DNA of 64,000 bases from an uncultured Microbacteriaceae bacterium (GTDB lineage: Bacteria > Actinomycetota > Actinomycetes > Actinomycetales > Microbacteriaceae): contig CAYXSU010000001.1 in NCBI GenBank assembly GCA_964467805.1, forward strand, positions 149,261 through 213,260, written 5' to 3'. The notes beneath the pieces were generated by a model. The model did no database searches. It saw only the letters and a list, made by a program, of their open reading frames with translations, and was not told the origin of the DNA. Below are positions 32,277 through 43,337 of the stretch, piece after piece; position 1 is the stretch's first letter; each line of letters begins with the position of its first letter. Both the position numbers and the translations under genes were made by a program.

Positions 32277-32807
32277 ATGACAATCACGAATCAGCACCAC
32301 GCAGCGCTCCGTGCCGGAACCGCTCTGAAAATAGGCTCAATTGTGTGGCCACGGCCCTACTTCCCCACCATTCATGAACGCGCCACTCTCGTTGCCAGGC
32401 TCATTCCTTCGTGGGCAATCGCCACAGGCCGAACAGCCGGCTGGGTGTGGACGGGGATGGGGCTGCCAGAGCCATGGAACGTGTTGAGGCCCGCCCAACC
32501 CGCACCATCTCCCCTTGATCGGATGGAGTGGGGAGCCAGAACCCTGAAGCGAGGCCAGCACCACACAGAAGTCTTCGGCGGCCTGACGCTCGTCGCGCCA
32601 GAGACAGCGGCGCTAGAAATTCTGCTGCGAGATGGTTGCCCGGATATCGCCGGCACCCAGGTGGCCATGCTGACCCCCTTGCCAACAATCGAGCTTCGGC
32701 AACGCGCCCTGCAGGGACGGGTCACACTCGCCCAGCGCAAGCGGCTCGAGACACTCCTTCTTGCTGTTGATAATCTGCGGCGTCGCTACCCCGACATCAC
32801 CCGGTAG
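32277..32807 (+). CDS. hypothetical protein, AbiEi-antitoxin-like
   Basis: ATGRTAGWVWTG and GGLTLVAPETAALEIL resemble motifs of actinobacterial AbiEi-like proteins; convergent with relA. Confidence 0.55.
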   Translation: MTITNQHHAALRAGTALKIGSIVWPRPYFPTIHERATLVARLIPSWAIATGRTAGWVWTGMGLPEPWNVLRPAQPAPSPLDRMEWGARTLKRGQHHTEVFGGLTLVAPETAALEILLRDGCPDIAGTQVAMLTPLPTIELRQRALQGRVTLAQRKRLETLLLAVDNLRRRYPDITR

Positions 32808-35035
32808 ACGTCGTACACAGCGTCGATACGTCGCACCGCGTTGAGTACACGGTCCAGATGTGTGACGTCTCCCATCTCAAAGACAAAGCGTGAGAGGGCC
32901 AAGTGATTATCTGAAGTATTCACCGTGGCAGAGAGAATGTTGACGTGGTGTTCGGAGAGGACCCGCGTCACGTCAGAGAGAAGGCCAGGACGGTCAAGAG
33001 CTTCGATCTGTATGTGAACGAGGAACACGCTCCCCTTTGTGGGGGCCCACTCAACCTCGATCATTCGGTCCGGGCTACCTTGAAGGGAGCCGATGTTGGT
33101 GCAATCCGCCCGGTGGACCGAGACACCTGTTCCCCTGGTAACAAAACCCACGATTGTGTCACCAGGAACAGGGGTGCAACACCTGGCAAGCTTCACGAGG
33201 ATGTCTGGCGCCCCCCGCACCAGCACTCCCGACTGGCTGACCCGGGCGGGAATCTTTCCTCTGACCGGCCCCGCAAAAACATCGTCATCAGCGTCTTGAT
33301 CGGAGTGAACGACGCCGACAACCTTCTCAATCACTGACTGGGTGGAGACGTGCCCTTCGCCCACCGCGGCGTAGAGCTCCTCAACATCGCGGAATTTGAG
33401 TGCGGCGGCAACGCTCGCCACAGACTCCTGATTCATCAGCTTCTGGAGTGGCAGGTTCTGCTTTCGCATCGCACGGGCAATAGCGTCCTTGCCCTGCTCA
33501 ATTGCTTCCTCGCGGCGCTCCTTCGTGAACCACTGACGAATCTTGCTCCGGGCGCGCTGGCTGGTGACGAAGTTCATCCAGTCTTGGCTGGGTGCCGCAT
33601 CTGGGCTCTTCGACGTGAAAATCTCCACGGAATCTCCGCTGGACAGTGGAGTATCAAGGGGAACCAAACGTTGGTTGACCTTGGCGCCCATCGTGCGGTG
33701 CCCCACCTCTGTGTGGACGGCATAGGCAAAGTCGACGGGTGTTGCTCCTGCGGGCAGGCCAATAACTTTGCCCTGGGGCGTGAACACGTAGACCTCTTTT
33801 GCCCCAATCTCGTAACGCAACGTCTCGAGGAACTCTGTGGGGTCTGTGGTCTCTGCTTGCCAGTCAGAGAGGTGTGCGAGCCATGCCATATCAGTCTCGT
33901 GCGCAAAGGCGTCCTTGTCCTTACCGCCAGCGGTGCGTTCCTTGTATTTCCAGTGCGCTGCAACACCAAACTCTGCTCGCTGGTGCATCTCAACGGTGCG
34001 AATCTGAATCTCGACGGGCCTCCCCTCCGGCCCAAAAACCGTGGTGTGGAGAGACTGATAGAGATTGAACTTGGGCGTTGCGATGTAGTCCTTGAAGCGC
34101 CCTGGCATGGGGTTCCACCGTGCGTGGACCGCACCGAGTGCCGCGTAGCAGTCTCGAATTGAAGAAACCAGTATCCGGATACCGGTCAGGTCGTGGATGT
34201 CGTTGAAGTCCCGACCCCGGTTAACCATCTTTTGGTAAATCGAATAGAACTGCTTCGGCCGGCCGCTCACCTCGGCCTTGATTTTGGCTTGGCGAAGATC
34301 CTCGTTGACTGCGTCAATCACACGCTCGACATAGGCGTCGCGCTCTGGAGAACGGTTCTTGACCAGTGACTCCAGTTCAACATAAATTTTCGGGTGCAAC
34401 ACTGCGAACGCAAGATCCTCAAGCTCCCATTTCACGCTTTGAATGCCAAGGCGATGAGCCAAGGGCGCATATATATCGAGAGTTTCCTGGGCTTTCTTGG
34501 CCGCTGACTCAGGACTCACAAATCCCCAGGTTCTGGCGTTGTGTAGCCGATCGGCAAGCTTCACTAAAAGAACCCGGATGTCCTTGGACATCGCCACAAT
34601 CATCTTCCGAACAGTCTCGGCCTGAGCGTGGTCGCCGTATTTGACCTTGTCGAGCTTCGTCACGCCATCGACCAACATGGCTATTTCCTCCCCAAAATCT
34701 TTGCGGAGCTGGTCTAGGGAGTAGTCCGTGTCCTCAACGGTGTCATGCAACAAGGCAGCCGCAATAGTGACAGGACCAATGCCCAGATCGGCAAGAATTT
34801 GTGACACGGCCAGCGGATGGGTGATGTAGGGCTCCCCACTCTGCCTCGTCTGCCCCTCGTGAGACTTCTCAGCAACCTTGTACGCACGCTCAATCAAGCC
34901 AGTATCAGCCTTGGGATGGTTCTTCTTGACCGTACGGATGAGAGCATCAAGCCCCTGAGACGCTGAAGACTTTGAAAAAAGCCGGGGAAGCAACGAGCGC
35001 AGTGTTGAGGGCGCGGGAGTTTGGAGCTCAGTCAC
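32786..35035 (-). CDS. relA: bifunctional (p)ppGpp synthetase/hydrolase Rel
   Basis: SGEPYITHP, LLHDTVED, KLADRLHN, YQSLHT, EIQIRT, TGS, CC zinc motif, ACT domain. Confidence 0.98.
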   Translation of the reverse strand: MTELQTPAPSTLRSLLPRLFSKSSASQGLDALIRTVKKNHPKADTGLIERAYKVAEKSHEGQTRQSGEPYITHPLAVSQILADLGIGPVTIAAALLHDTVEDTDYSLDQLRKDFGEEIAMLVDGVTKLDKVKYGDHAQAETVRKMIVAMSKDIRVLLVKLADRLHNARTWGFVSPESAAKKAQETLDIYAPLAHRLGIQSVKWELEDLAFAVLHPKIYVELESLVKNRSPERDAYVERVIDAVNEDLRQAKIKAEVSGRPKQFYSIYQKMVNRGRDFNDIHDLTGIRILVSSIRDCYAALGAVHARWNPMPGRFKDYIATPKFNLYQSLHTTVFGPEGRPVEIQIRTVEMHQRAEFGVAAHWKYKERTAGGKDKDAFAHETDMAWLAHLSDWQAETTDPTEFLETLRYEIGAKEVYVFTPQGKVIGLPAGATPVDFAYAVHTEVGHRTMGAKVNQRLVPLDTPLSSGDSVEIFTSKSPDAAPSQDWMNFVTSQRARSKIRQWFTKERREEAIEQGKDAIARAMRKQNLPLQKLMNQESVASVAAALKFRDVEELYAAVGEGHVSTQSVIEKVVGVVHSDQDADDDVFAGPVRGKIPARVSQSGVLVRGAPDILVKLARCCTPVPGDTIVGFVTRGTGVSVHRADCTNIGSLQGSPDRMIEVEWAPTKGSVFLVHIQIEALDRPGLLSDVTRVLSEHHVNILSATVNTSDNHLALSRFVFEMGDVTHLDRVLNAVRRIDAVYDVYRVMSG

Positions 35036-35095
35036 AAGGAACCCCCTCTCGTCCTGGCAACAGTCTACGAGGAGCGACCGTGAACAGGGTGAGGG

Positions 35096-36091
35096 TTAGC
35101 GAACCGCGCCGGTAGCGGGCCGTGGCGCTTTCACCTTGGTGCCCTGCTTCAGATGTTCTGGTTCATTTTCTCGAAGGTGCACATAGAGCGGCGCCGCGAT
35201 GAAAACACTCGAATATGTTCCAGCAATCATTCCCACGAACAGAGCGATTGCAATGTCGCGAAGCGTTCCGGCGCCCAGCAGAACAGAACCGATGAAAAGG
35301 ATCGAGCCCACTGGCAACACCGCAACGACCGAGGTATTAATCGAGCGCACCAGCGTCTGGTTAACAGCAAGGTTGACTGACTCGGCGAACGTACGCCGGC
35401 TCTCTTCGCCATCTTGCTGCGTGTTCTCGCGCACCTTATCGAAGACAACCACCGTGTCATACAGCGAGTAACCAAGGATGGTCAGAAGGCCAATGACTGC
35501 GGCCGGTGTGATTTCGAAACCGAGCACGCCGTAGATACCCGCCGTGATTACAAGGTCGTGAGCCAGAGCGATAAGCGCCGCGAGGGACATTTTCCAGGTC
35601 CTGAAGTAGAACGCCATAACAATCGACACCAGAACGAGGAAGACCGCGAGACCAATGAGCGCCTGACGAGTAATGTCCTGACCCCAGGTCGCCCCGACGA
35701 ACGAGGCAGTCACCTCGTCAACAGAAACTCCATACGCCTCGGCGAGGTCGGTTCGGAGCGCAGTGGTTTCTGCGTCAGTCAACTGCTCCGTCTGAACGCG
35801 GATTGAGTCGCCGCCAACAATCGACACCCTGGGGTTTGAGCCTTGTCCAACAAGCTCGTTCACAGTGTCGAGCGCCACCTGCTCCGAGAGTGCTGGCGGT
35901 TGAGACACGCGGAACTCAGAACCACCCCGGAACTCAATGCCAAAGCTAAATCCACCGCGAAGGATCGTCAGCAGAATGGCCAAAGCCACCACGGCGCCAC
36001 CGATCACATACCAGCGAACGCGGTTTCCCACGAAGTCAAAGGACTTCTCCCCTGTGTAGAGGGCGTTTCCAAACTGTGTGAGACGGGACAT
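35096..36091 (-). CDS. secF: protein translocase subunit SecF
   Basis: GIEFRGG, GYSLYDTVVVFDKVREN, QTLVRSINTS. Confidence 0.96.
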   Translation of the reverse strand: MSRLTQFGNALYTGEKSFDFVGNRVRWYVIGGAVVALAILLTILRGGFSFGIEFRGGSEFRVSQPPALSEQVALDTVNELVGQGSNPRVSIVGGDSIRVQTEQLTDAETTALRTDLAEAYGVSVDEVTASFVGATWGQDITRQALIGLAVFLVLVSIVMAFYFRTWKMSLAALIALAHDLVITAGIYGVLGFEITPAAVIGLLTILGYSLYDTVVVFDKVRENTQQDGEESRRTFAESVNLAVNQTLVRSINTSVVAVLPVGSILFIGSVLLGAGTLRDIAIALFVGMIAGTYSSVFIAAPLYVHLRENEPEHLKQGTKVKAPRPATGAVR

Positions 36092-37782
36092 TACTTCTTC
36101 TTCCCTTCCAGGGCTGCTGCTTCTTCGGCAGCTTTGCGCTCTGCGATAGTTTGCCGGCGCCTAGCCTCTTGAGCGCTCTTTTTTCTGGCGAGAGGGGCAA
36201 CATCGACCGGATCGCGGAACTTTGCACGACCCCGGTACACAGCGCCCAACGCTTTGGGGTCGAGGCCGCTGAGAGGGTGACCCTCACCGAAGAATCGAGT
36301 CCGACCCAAAACCTGCATCAACGGGTGCGTGAAGAGAGCGACGATGATCAGGTCAACGATCGTGGTCAAACCAAGGGTAAACGCAAACCCACGCACGTTA
36401 CCGACAGCCAGTATGAAGAGCACGGCAGCCGCCAGGAAACCGACCGCATCCGAGGCGATGATTGTTCTAAAGGCACGTTTCCATGCCGCGGAAATAGCGG
36501 AACCCACTACTCGCCCATCGCGGAGTTCATCACGAATTCGCTCGAAGAAGACAATGAACGAGTCAGCGGTGATACCAATCGCAACAATCAAACCAGCAAC
36601 GCCGGCCAAAGAAAGCCGGTAACCCTGGGCGTTCGAGAGATAGGTGATAAGGAGATACGTGAGCGCGAAAGCAGTGGTCAACGAGAACACAGTCACAAAG
36701 CCCAGCACTCGATACTGGAACAGCGAGTAGACAACAACCAGAAGCAGACCAATAGCACCAGCGAGTAGACCGCTCTGAAGCTGCGAGAGGCCCAGGGTTG
36801 CGGTGATGGTCTCAGCACTCTGAACTTCAAAGCCAATCGGCAAAGCTCCGAACTTCAGCTGGTCTGCGAGCACCTCAGCTGATTCCTGCGTGAACGATCC
36901 GCTAATCTGCGGCCGACCGTCAGTGATCGCAGCGAGGGTGCGGGGGGCGCTGATGACGCGACCGTCCAAAACAATCGCAAACTGGTTCTGGACACCCTCC
37001 AGGCCGACGAGTCGTTCCGTCACAGACCGGAAACCTTCTGTGCCCACTTCGTCGAATTCCAGGAAGACACCCCATTCTGTGGTGACCGTGCCCTGGGGGC
37101 CAGGCACCAGACCAGAAATTGCGTCCTGGATTGTCTCGCCTCCCACCTCGACGGGGCCCAGGACAAACTTGCTAAAGCCATCAGCCGAACAAATCACGAG
37201 GGGGCGTTCCGGATCAGCGATATTACTGCCAAGCGCGTCGAGTTGATCACAAGACAATTCGTTGTAGGCCCGGTCAATCGATGGAGTGATCCACGCCAAA
37301 TCGCTAGCGCTCTCAGGGATTCGCTCTGGTGCAGGCTCGTCATACGGGTTGAAACTCGCAGGTCCCTCGGCGGGCGCTTCTTCGGACACGAACGATGTCT
37401 GAAGAACCGGGCGGAACTCAAGCTTCGCGGACGAGCGAATGCGCTCGAGAGTTGCGGCATCCGGAGCGCCAGGAATTGCGACGACGATGTTTGCCCCACC
37501 CTGGGTGGAAACCTCCGCTTCCGCAACACCTCCCGCGTCAACGCGCTGGCGAATAATTGCTACGGCTTGATTGAGCTGTTCTTCCGTCACCGTCTGGGTT
37601 TCAGCAAGCTGAGGAGCCAGGATGATTTGAGTACCACCCTGAAGATCGAGCGCTAGCTTGGGAGTCCATGACCCACCCTCTTGCCACACCGACCAGGCGT
37701 TCCCGGCAATAAGTACGGCGAAGATGGTGGCAAGCCATGCGAAGCGTTTCCACGCTCCAGCGACACGGAAGTTTGATACCAC
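36091..37782 (-). CDS. secD: protein translocase subunit SecD
   Basis: LALDLQGG, FAIVLDG, LKFGALP, IGITADSFIVFFERIRDE, VRGFAFTL. Confidence 0.96.
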   Translation of the reverse strand: MVSNFRVAGAWKRFAWLATIFAVLIAGNAWSVWQEGGSWTPKLALDLQGGTQIILAPQLAETQTVTEEQLNQAVAIIRQRVDAGGVAEAEVSTQGGANIVVAIPGAPDAATLERIRSSAKLEFRPVLQTSFVSEEAPAEGPASFNPYDEPAPERIPESASDLAWITPSIDRAYNELSCDQLDALGSNIADPERPLVICSADGFSKFVLGPVEVGGETIQDAISGLVPGPQGTVTTEWGVFLEFDEVGTEGFRSVTERLVGLEGVQNQFAIVLDGRVISAPRTLAAITDGRPQISGSFTQESAEVLADQLKFGALPIGFEVQSAETITATLGLSQLQSGLLAGAIGLLLVVVYSLFQYRVLGFVTVFSLTTAFALTYLLITYLSNAQGYRLSLAGVAGLIVAIGITADSFIVFFERIRDELRDGRVVGSAISAAWKRAFRTIIASDAVGFLAAAVLFILAVGNVRGFAFTLGLTTIVDLIIVALFTHPLMQVLGRTRFFGEGHPLSGLDPKALGAVYRGRAKFRDPVDVAPLARKKSAQEARRRQTIAERKAAEEAAALEGKKK

Positions 37783-37815
37783 GAGGGAATTCTCTCTATC
37801 GGATGATGAGCGAGC

Positions 37816-38124
37816 TTAGGACTTCTTGTCTGAGGCGACTTCGGTGGAGGCGCCGTCAGTTTCTTCCTCTTCAACCACCTTGGTGAGGGTCTGGCGGTGA
37901 ACACGGACCTTGACACCCTTCCCCACATCGAGCACAGCGATGTTCTTCTCATCGTCAATCTCGACGACGGTAGCGAAGAGACCGAACGACGTCATTACCT
38001 CGGCACCGGGCTTGAGCTTCTCAGCGAGCTCCTCTTGCGTTTTGCGCTGCTTGCGCGAATTGCGAATCATGAAATAAATCAGCAGTCCGAGGACTGCGAT
38101 CATAAACAGCGAAATCGGATCCAT
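37816..38124 (-). CDS. yajC: preprotein translocase subunit YajC
   Basis: N-terminal TM, LKPGAEVMTSFGLFATV; ruvB-yajC-secD synteny. Confidence 0.92.
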   Translation of the reverse strand: MDPISLFMIAVLGLLIYFMIRNSRKQRKTQEELAEKLKPGAEVMTSFGLFATVVEIDDEKNIAVLDVGKGVKVRVHRQTLTKVVEEEETDGASTEVASDKKS

Positions 38125-38178
38125 GAGGAACCACAAGCCTTTCGGTCACACCAACGCGAGGATCAGGGTACCCAGTAA

Positions 38179-39189
38179 CTATAGGTCATTCCGGCCTGGA
38201 GCTTCATGACCCAGGTGCGTATATGCCGCAGACGTCGCGAGCCGGCCGCGAGGCGTTCGCTGAATGAATCCTTGGCGAACCAGGAAAGGCTCGACCACCG
38301 ACTCGATAGTCTCTGCTTCCTCCCCCACGGAAACGGACAGGGTTCCAAGACCCACAGGTCCGCCGCCAAATCGCGTAATGAGAATTTCCAATACTGCTCG
38401 GTCTAGTCGGTCAAGACCCAACTCGTCGACGTCATAGACCTTGAGCGCTGCCTGAACGGAGGCGATTGTCGGCGTTGCATCATGAACCAATACGTAATCC
38501 CGCACCCGCCTGAGAAGCCGGTTGGCAATGCGGGGCGTCCCCCTGGAGCGTCCTGCAATCTCGTTGAGCGCAGCACTGGGCCATGACAGGCCCAGCACCT
38601 TCGCAGAACGCTCCAACACAGTGGTGAGTTCATCCTCGGAATAGAACTCCAGGTGCGCTGTGAATCCGAAACGATCCCTCAGGGGGCCAGGCAACAGTCC
38701 TGACCGAGTTGTGGCGCCCACAAGCGTGAAGGGCGCGAGCTCGAGCGGCAACGTCGTCGCTCCAGCTCCTTTGCCCACCATGATGTCGATGCGAAAATCT
38801 TCCATCGCCAGATAGAGCATCTCTTCAGCGGGCCTAGCCATGCGGTGGATTTCATCAATAAAGAGCACCTCGCCTGGCACGAGGGAGGAGACAACCGCGG
38901 CCAAATCCCCTGCGTGGTTGATGGCCGGACCGCTCGTGATTCGGAGAGATTGACCCGTCTCTTCGGCCACAATCATCGCTAACGTCGTTTTGCCAAGCCC
39001 AGGTGGGCCCGAGAGCAGAATGTGATCAGGGGTGCGATTTTGCTTCTGTGCAGCCTGAAGAAGAAGCACCAATTGTTCACGAACCTTGGCTTGACCAACA
39101 AAATCGTCTAGCGTGCGAGGCCGGAGTGCGCCCTCAAACTGGACCTCGTTATCGGAAGCCAGAGAGGGCTCCAGAGGGTTTTCGCTCAC
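38179..39189 (-). CDS. ruvB: Holliday junction branch migration helicase RuvB
   Basis: [38 protein letters not shown]. Confidence 0.97.
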   Translation of the reverse strand: MSENPLEPSLASDNEVQFEGALRPRTLDDFVGQAKVREQLVLLLQAAQKQNRTPDHILLSGPPGLGKTTLAMIVAEETGQSLRITSGPAINHAGDLAAVVSSLVPGEVLFIDEIHRMARPAEEMLYLAMEDFRIDIMVGKGAGATTLPLELAPFTLVGATTRSGLLPGPLRDRFGFTAHLEFYSEDELTTVLERSAKVLGLSWPSAALNEIAGRSRGTPRIANRLLRRVRDYVLVHDATPTIASVQAALKVYDVDELGLDRLDRAVLEILITRFGGGPVGLGTLSVSVGEEAETIESVVEPFLVRQGFIQRTPRGRLATSAAYTHLGHEAPGRNDL

Positions 39190-39815
39190 GACCGTGCCTC
39201 CCGGTTAGTGTGGGGGCCAAGAATAGTGAGAGCTTGGCGCAGAAGGCTGTTTGCTTCCACAGGCCCCTCGGACCCTGCGTCGAGGGCGCGCTGAACCCCG
39301 TCTTTTGCCACTCGCTCCGACCAGCCCAAGCCGACCAAAGCCTGGACAACCGAGTGCCGAACGATGTCGTGTGTCGCGGAGCCAGAACTCCGAGCCGCCT
39401 GGGCTCTAGAGGGCCTGCGCTCGAAAGAACCTTGAAGCGACAAAACAATGAGTTTTGCAGTTTTGGGTCCAATTCCGCTGACCGAGCGGAAGGCAGAGTC
39501 GTTCTCCTGCGAAATGGCCTCGTAGATCTCCTCCGCTGAGAGTTGGCTCAACACTGCCATGGCGGATTTCGGCCCAACTCCCGTGACACTCCTCAACAGG
39601 TCGAACATGTCGAGCTCTTCGGGGGTATCGAACCCGTAGAGGGAAACCTGATCCTCTCGAGGGATGTAGGCGGTGTGCACCACGATGTCCTCACCCTCGC
39701 GCAGCGCCATGGCCATTCGGTCAGCCACGGTGACGCGGTAACCGATCCCAGAAACATCAATAATCAGGTCACTACCGGTGCGCCTGAGCAGCGTTCCCCG
39801 AATGAATGCGATCAC
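39186..39815 (-). CDS. ruvA: Holliday junction branch migration protein RuvA
   Basis: [36 protein letters not shown]. Confidence 0.96.
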   Translation of the reverse strand: MIAFIRGTLLRRTGSDLIIDVSGIGYRVTVADRMAMALREGEDIVVHTAYIPREDQVSLYGFDTPEELDMFDLLRSVTGVGPKSAMAVLSQLSAEEIYEAISQENDSAFRSVSGIGPKTAKLIVLSLQGSFERRPSRAQAARSSGSATHDIVRHSVVQALVGLGWSERVAKDGVQRALDAGSEGPVEANSLLRQALTILGPHTNREARS

Positions 39816-40384
39816 CTTTGTAGCCTAGGTCTCCTAGCTTTAGCTTCAGCATCCCGCCACGCCTGCTGTGCAGGAGTTGTCGTTGCCCCTGACGGACCAA
39901 TAGCGGCCGGCAACCCCCGCCACGCTTCCGTAATCGCGAGGGCCAGTGCATCTGCCGCATCAGCGGGCTGAGGGATATCCTTGAGGCCCAAAATCCGCTG
40001 CACCATGTGGCCCACCTGCGCCTTGTTTGCTCGTCCGTAGCCCGTTACAGCGGCCTTAACTTCGCTCGGAGTGCGCATCGACACAGGGATACCCCGCTCA
40101 AAGGCAAGTGCCAGAACAACACCGCTCACCTGCGCCGTTCCCATCACGGTTCGGACGTTGTGTTGGGCGAAAACCCGCTCCAGCGCAATGATGTCTGGCT
40201 TGTGCGCGTCAAAAACCGTGGCGAGCGCTCTGGCCATGCCTCCAAGCCGAGCGCTCGACTCGTCAGTGGCTGGGGTGCGGAAGACCTCAACGTGGACCAG
40301 GCTGACCGTTCTCCCAGGACCATGGGAGATAACTCCCACGCCCAATCGGGTGAGACCGGGGTCCACGCCGAGGATGGTGGTCAT
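39812..40384 (-). CDS. ruvC: crossover junction endodeoxyribonuclease RuvC
   Basis: ILGVDPG, ERVF, PSEVKAAVTGYG, DAADALALA. Confidence 0.96.
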   Translation of the reverse strand: MTTILGVDPGLTRLGVGVISHGPGRTVSLVHVEVFRTPATDESSARLGGMARALATVFDAHKPDIIALERVFAQHNVRTVMGTAQVSGVVLALAFERGIPVSMRTPSEVKAAVTGYGRANKAQVGHMVQRILGLKDIPQPADAADALALAITEAWRGLPAAIGPSGATTTPAQQAWRDAEAKARRPRLQR

Positions 40385-40393
40385 GGTGACGGT

Positions 40394-41158
40394 TTAGCCC
40401 GCGGCCTGGTCAAGCGCCTCGAGAACATCGGGTGAGGGCTCCATGTTGGTGAACACGTTCTGAACGTCATCGCAGTCATCCAGAGCGTCGACGAGCTTGA
40501 ACACCTTCTGGACGATGTCAAGCTCGGGTGAGATGCTCACGGCCGGAAGGAATTCGATGTCGGCCGCGTCGTAATCAATCCCAGCTTCTTGAACAGCAAC
40601 CCTTGTGGCCACTAAATTTGATGGCTCCGCAACAACCTCAAACCCCGCTCCGCGGTCAATGACTTCCTCTGCGCCGGCATCCAGGACTGCTGCGAGGACG
40701 TCATCTTCACTAAGCCCGTCCACTTTGGTTATCGACACGACTCCCTTACGAGCGAAGTTGTAGGCGACGCTTCCAGGGTCAGCCATCTGCCCGCCGTTGC
40801 GACTCATGATGGTTCGAACCTCGGCGGCGGCTCTATTGCGATTGTCGGTGAGGCACTCGATCAGAAGAGCAACGCCACCAGGACCATAGCCCTCATACAT
40901 GATGGTCTGGTAATCGATGGTCTCGCCCGAGAGACCACCACCGCGCTTAATGGCACGCTCGATGTTGTCGTTCGGGACGGAAGTCTTCTTGGCCTTTTGA
41001 ATCGCATCGGCGAGAGTGGGATTGCCGGAGGGATCCGGGCCACCAACCTTTGCGGCAACCTCAATGTTCTTGATGAGCTTGGCAAAAGACTTGGCACGCC
41101 TGGCATCAATTACTGCCTTCTTGTGCTTTGTTGTCGCCCATTTAGAGTGGCCGGACAT
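40394..41158 (-). CDS. yebC: YebC/PmpR family protein
   Basis: [28 protein letters not shown]. Confidence 0.96.
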   Translation of the reverse strand: MSGHSKWATTKHKKAVIDARRAKSFAKLIKNIEVAAKVGGPDPSGNPTLADAIQKAKKTSVPNDNIERAIKRGGGLSGETIDYQTIMYEGYGPGGVALLIECLTDNRNRAAAEVRTIMSRNGGQMADPGSVAYNFARKGVVSITKVDGLSEDDVLAAVLDAGAEEVIDRGAGFEVVAEPSNLVATRVAVQEAGIDYDAADIEFLPAVSISPELDIVQKVFKLVDALDDCDDVQNVFTNMEPSPDVLEALDQAAG

Positions 41159-41185
41159 ATCCCTCCCCCGGAATCCCTGTCTATC

Positions 41186-41815
41186 TTAGGCGTCGACCGT
41201 AGTTGGCTGGTGGAGCGCCCTCTGTGCGACGACATCGAGAAACATCCGGTGGACCCGGTCCTCGCCCGTAATTTCGGGGTGGAAGGCAACTCCGATGATA
41301 TTGCCGCCAGCTACCCCAACAACGCGGCCATCCTCGAGAGTCGCTATAACTCGTGCGCCAGGGCCCACAGCAACGACCTCAGGTGCCCTGATGAATGCGA
41401 CCTGCAGCGCGGGCCCCGTCACACCATCGACGGCGACGGAGGTTTCGAACGAATCTACTTGGGCGCCAAACGCATTGCGACGAACAGTGACGTCTAGCCC
41501 ACCAAAGTTTTCTTGCCCGGCTATTGCGTCCTCGATGTGATTGGCGACCATGATGAGACCAGCGCAAGTACCAAGCACAGGCAGGCCCTGCGCAATCGCG
41601 TCGCGCAGGGGGGTAGCCAATCCAAAGATCCGCGAGAGCTTATCCATAACACTGGATTCCCCACCGGGAATGACTAACCCGTCGATGCCCTCCAAGTGAG
41701 CCGGCCGCCTAATCTCAACAACGTCGCAACCCAGCTCACGGAGGACCGCAGAGTGCTCCCGTACATCACCCTGAAGCGCTAGAACCCCAATTCTTGGGGC
41801 GCTACTACCAGCCAC
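41186..41815 (-). CDS. pdxT: pyridoxal 5'-phosphate synthase glutaminase subunit
   Basis: GVLALQG, PGGESS, GTCAG, FIRAP, FHPE. Confidence 0.96.
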   Translation of the reverse strand: MAGSSAPRIGVLALQGDVREHSAVLRELGCDVVEIRRPAHLEGIDGLVIPGGESSVMDKLSRIFGLATPLRDAIAQGLPVLGTCAGLIMVANHIEDAIAGQENFGGLDVTVRRNAFGAQVDSFETSVAVDGVTGPALQVAFIRAPEVVAVGPGARVIATLEDGRVVGVAGGNIIGVAFHPEITGEDRVHRMFLDVVAQRALHQPTTVDA

Positions 41816-42707
41816 GTTCAGCGAGACGGTGAGGTGCAGGAAGGTCGCCCACGTTAATGCCGACCATGGCCTCGCCTAGTCCGCGTGAAACGTCGGCAAT
41901 GACCGAAGCGTCCGTGTACTGAGCAGTCGCCTTGACAATTGCAGCGGCGCGCTGAGAGGGGTTTCCGGACTTGAAAATGCCAGAGCCGACAAAGACGCCA
42001 TCGGCACCCAACTGCATCATCATCGCGGCATCAGCAGGCGTCGCAATTCCGCCAGCGGTGAAGAGCACGACGGGAAGCTTACCGGTCGTTGCGACTTCGA
42101 GAACTAACTCATAGGGCGCCTGCAATTCTTTTGCAGCAACGTAAATCTCGTCGGGCGACATTGCGCTCAAACGCGCGATTTCGCCCCGAATGGTGCGGAT
42201 GTGCTTGGTAGCTTCAGAGACGTCTCCGGTGCCAGCCTCCCCCTTGGAGCGGATCATCGCTGCACCCTCGGTGATACGACGCAATGCTTCCCCAAGGTTC
42301 GTTGCGCCACACACAAAGGGCACGGTGTAGCGCCACTTGTCGATGTGGTTCACGTAATCAGCGGGGCTGAGAACCTCAGACTCATCGATGTAGTCCACCT
42401 TGAGAGCTTCAAGAACCTGAGCCTCCACAAAATGGCCAATACGCGCCTTAGCCATAACTGGAATCGATACCGTGTCAATGATGCCCTGAATCAAATCGGG
42501 GTCGCTCATGCGAGCGACGCCGCCTTCGGCGCGAATATCGGCTGGCACGCGCTCGAGCGCCATAACGGCGACGGCTCCGGCGTCCTCGGCAATGCGCGCT
42601 TGCTCGGGGGTGACGACGTCCATGATGACGCCGCCCTTCAACATCTCGGCAAGACCGCGCTTAACGCGGGCGGTTCCTGATACTGCGGCGTTCGTTTTTT
42701 CAGCCAT
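41805..42707 (-). CDS. pdxS: pyridoxal 5'-phosphate synthase lyase subunit
   Basis: [30 protein letters not shown]. Confidence 0.97.
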   Translation of the reverse strand: MAEKTNAAVSGTARVKRGLAEMLKGGVIMDVVTPEQARIAEDAGAVAVMALERVPADIRAEGGVARMSDPDLIQGIIDTVSIPVMAKARIGHFVEAQVLEALKVDYIDESEVLSPADYVNHIDKWRYTVPFVCGATNLGEALRRITEGAAMIRSKGEAGTGDVSEATKHIRTIRGEIARLSAMSPDEIYVAAKELQAPYELVLEVATTGKLPVVLFTAGGIATPADAAMMMQLGADGVFVGSGIFKSGNPSQRAAAIVKATAQYTDASVIADVSRGLGEAMVGINVGDLPAPHRLAERGW

Positions 42708-42770
42708 GAGTTACTGAGGTTCCTCTCGTAGTGCTACGCACACTGGGGTGATGAAAACTAGAGCGAAAGT

Positions 42771-43337
42771 CTAACCGGGCGAACCTGTGGGCCAACTGTT
42801 CCTCAGAATTGTACGCATGTCCCCCAGTAGCTGGGGCATCGCTTTGGTTCGAGCCACGATCGGGAAGAAATTTGAATCCTGCGACCAACGTGGCACGACG
42901 TGCTGGTGCAGGTGGGCTTCGATGCCAGCGCCAGCAACGCTTCCCTGGTTCACTCCAAGGTTGAATCCGTGCGCCCCCGAGACTGCGCGGAGCGTCTTCA
43001 TCGCAATTTGAACGAACTCCCCCATCTCAGAAATCTCATCGGGTGTGATGTCGTCATAATTCGCAACGTGGCGGAAAGGGCAGATGAGGAGGTGGCCGGC
43101 GTTATACGGATAGAGATTCAGAACGGCGTACACGTGCGTCCCGCGAGCCACCACGAGAGACTCGTCCTCATCCATATCCGGCGCGATACAGAAGACACAG
43201 CCACCGTCCATGGGAGCGGTCTCTCCCTGGATATAGGCAATGCGATGAGGGGTCCATAGGCGCTGAAAAGCATCAGGAACGCCCGGGAGTGCCGCGGCGT
43301 CAAGGGTAGAAAAGCCGTCCTCGGGCGAGCTAGGCAT
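42771..43337 (-). CDS. HIT family protein (Ap4A phosphorylase-like)
   Basis: [30 protein letters not shown]; thrS-HIT synteny. Confidence 0.92.
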   Translation of the reverse strand: MPSSPEDGFSTLDAAALPGVPDAFQRLWTPHRIAYIQGETAPMDGGCVFCIAPDMDEDESLVVARGTHVYAVLNLYPYNAGHLLICPFRHVANYDDITPDEISEMGEFVQIAMKTLRAVSGAHGFNLGVNQGSVAGAGIEAHLHQHVVPRWSQDSNFFPIVARTKAMPQLLGDMRTILRNSWPTGSPG

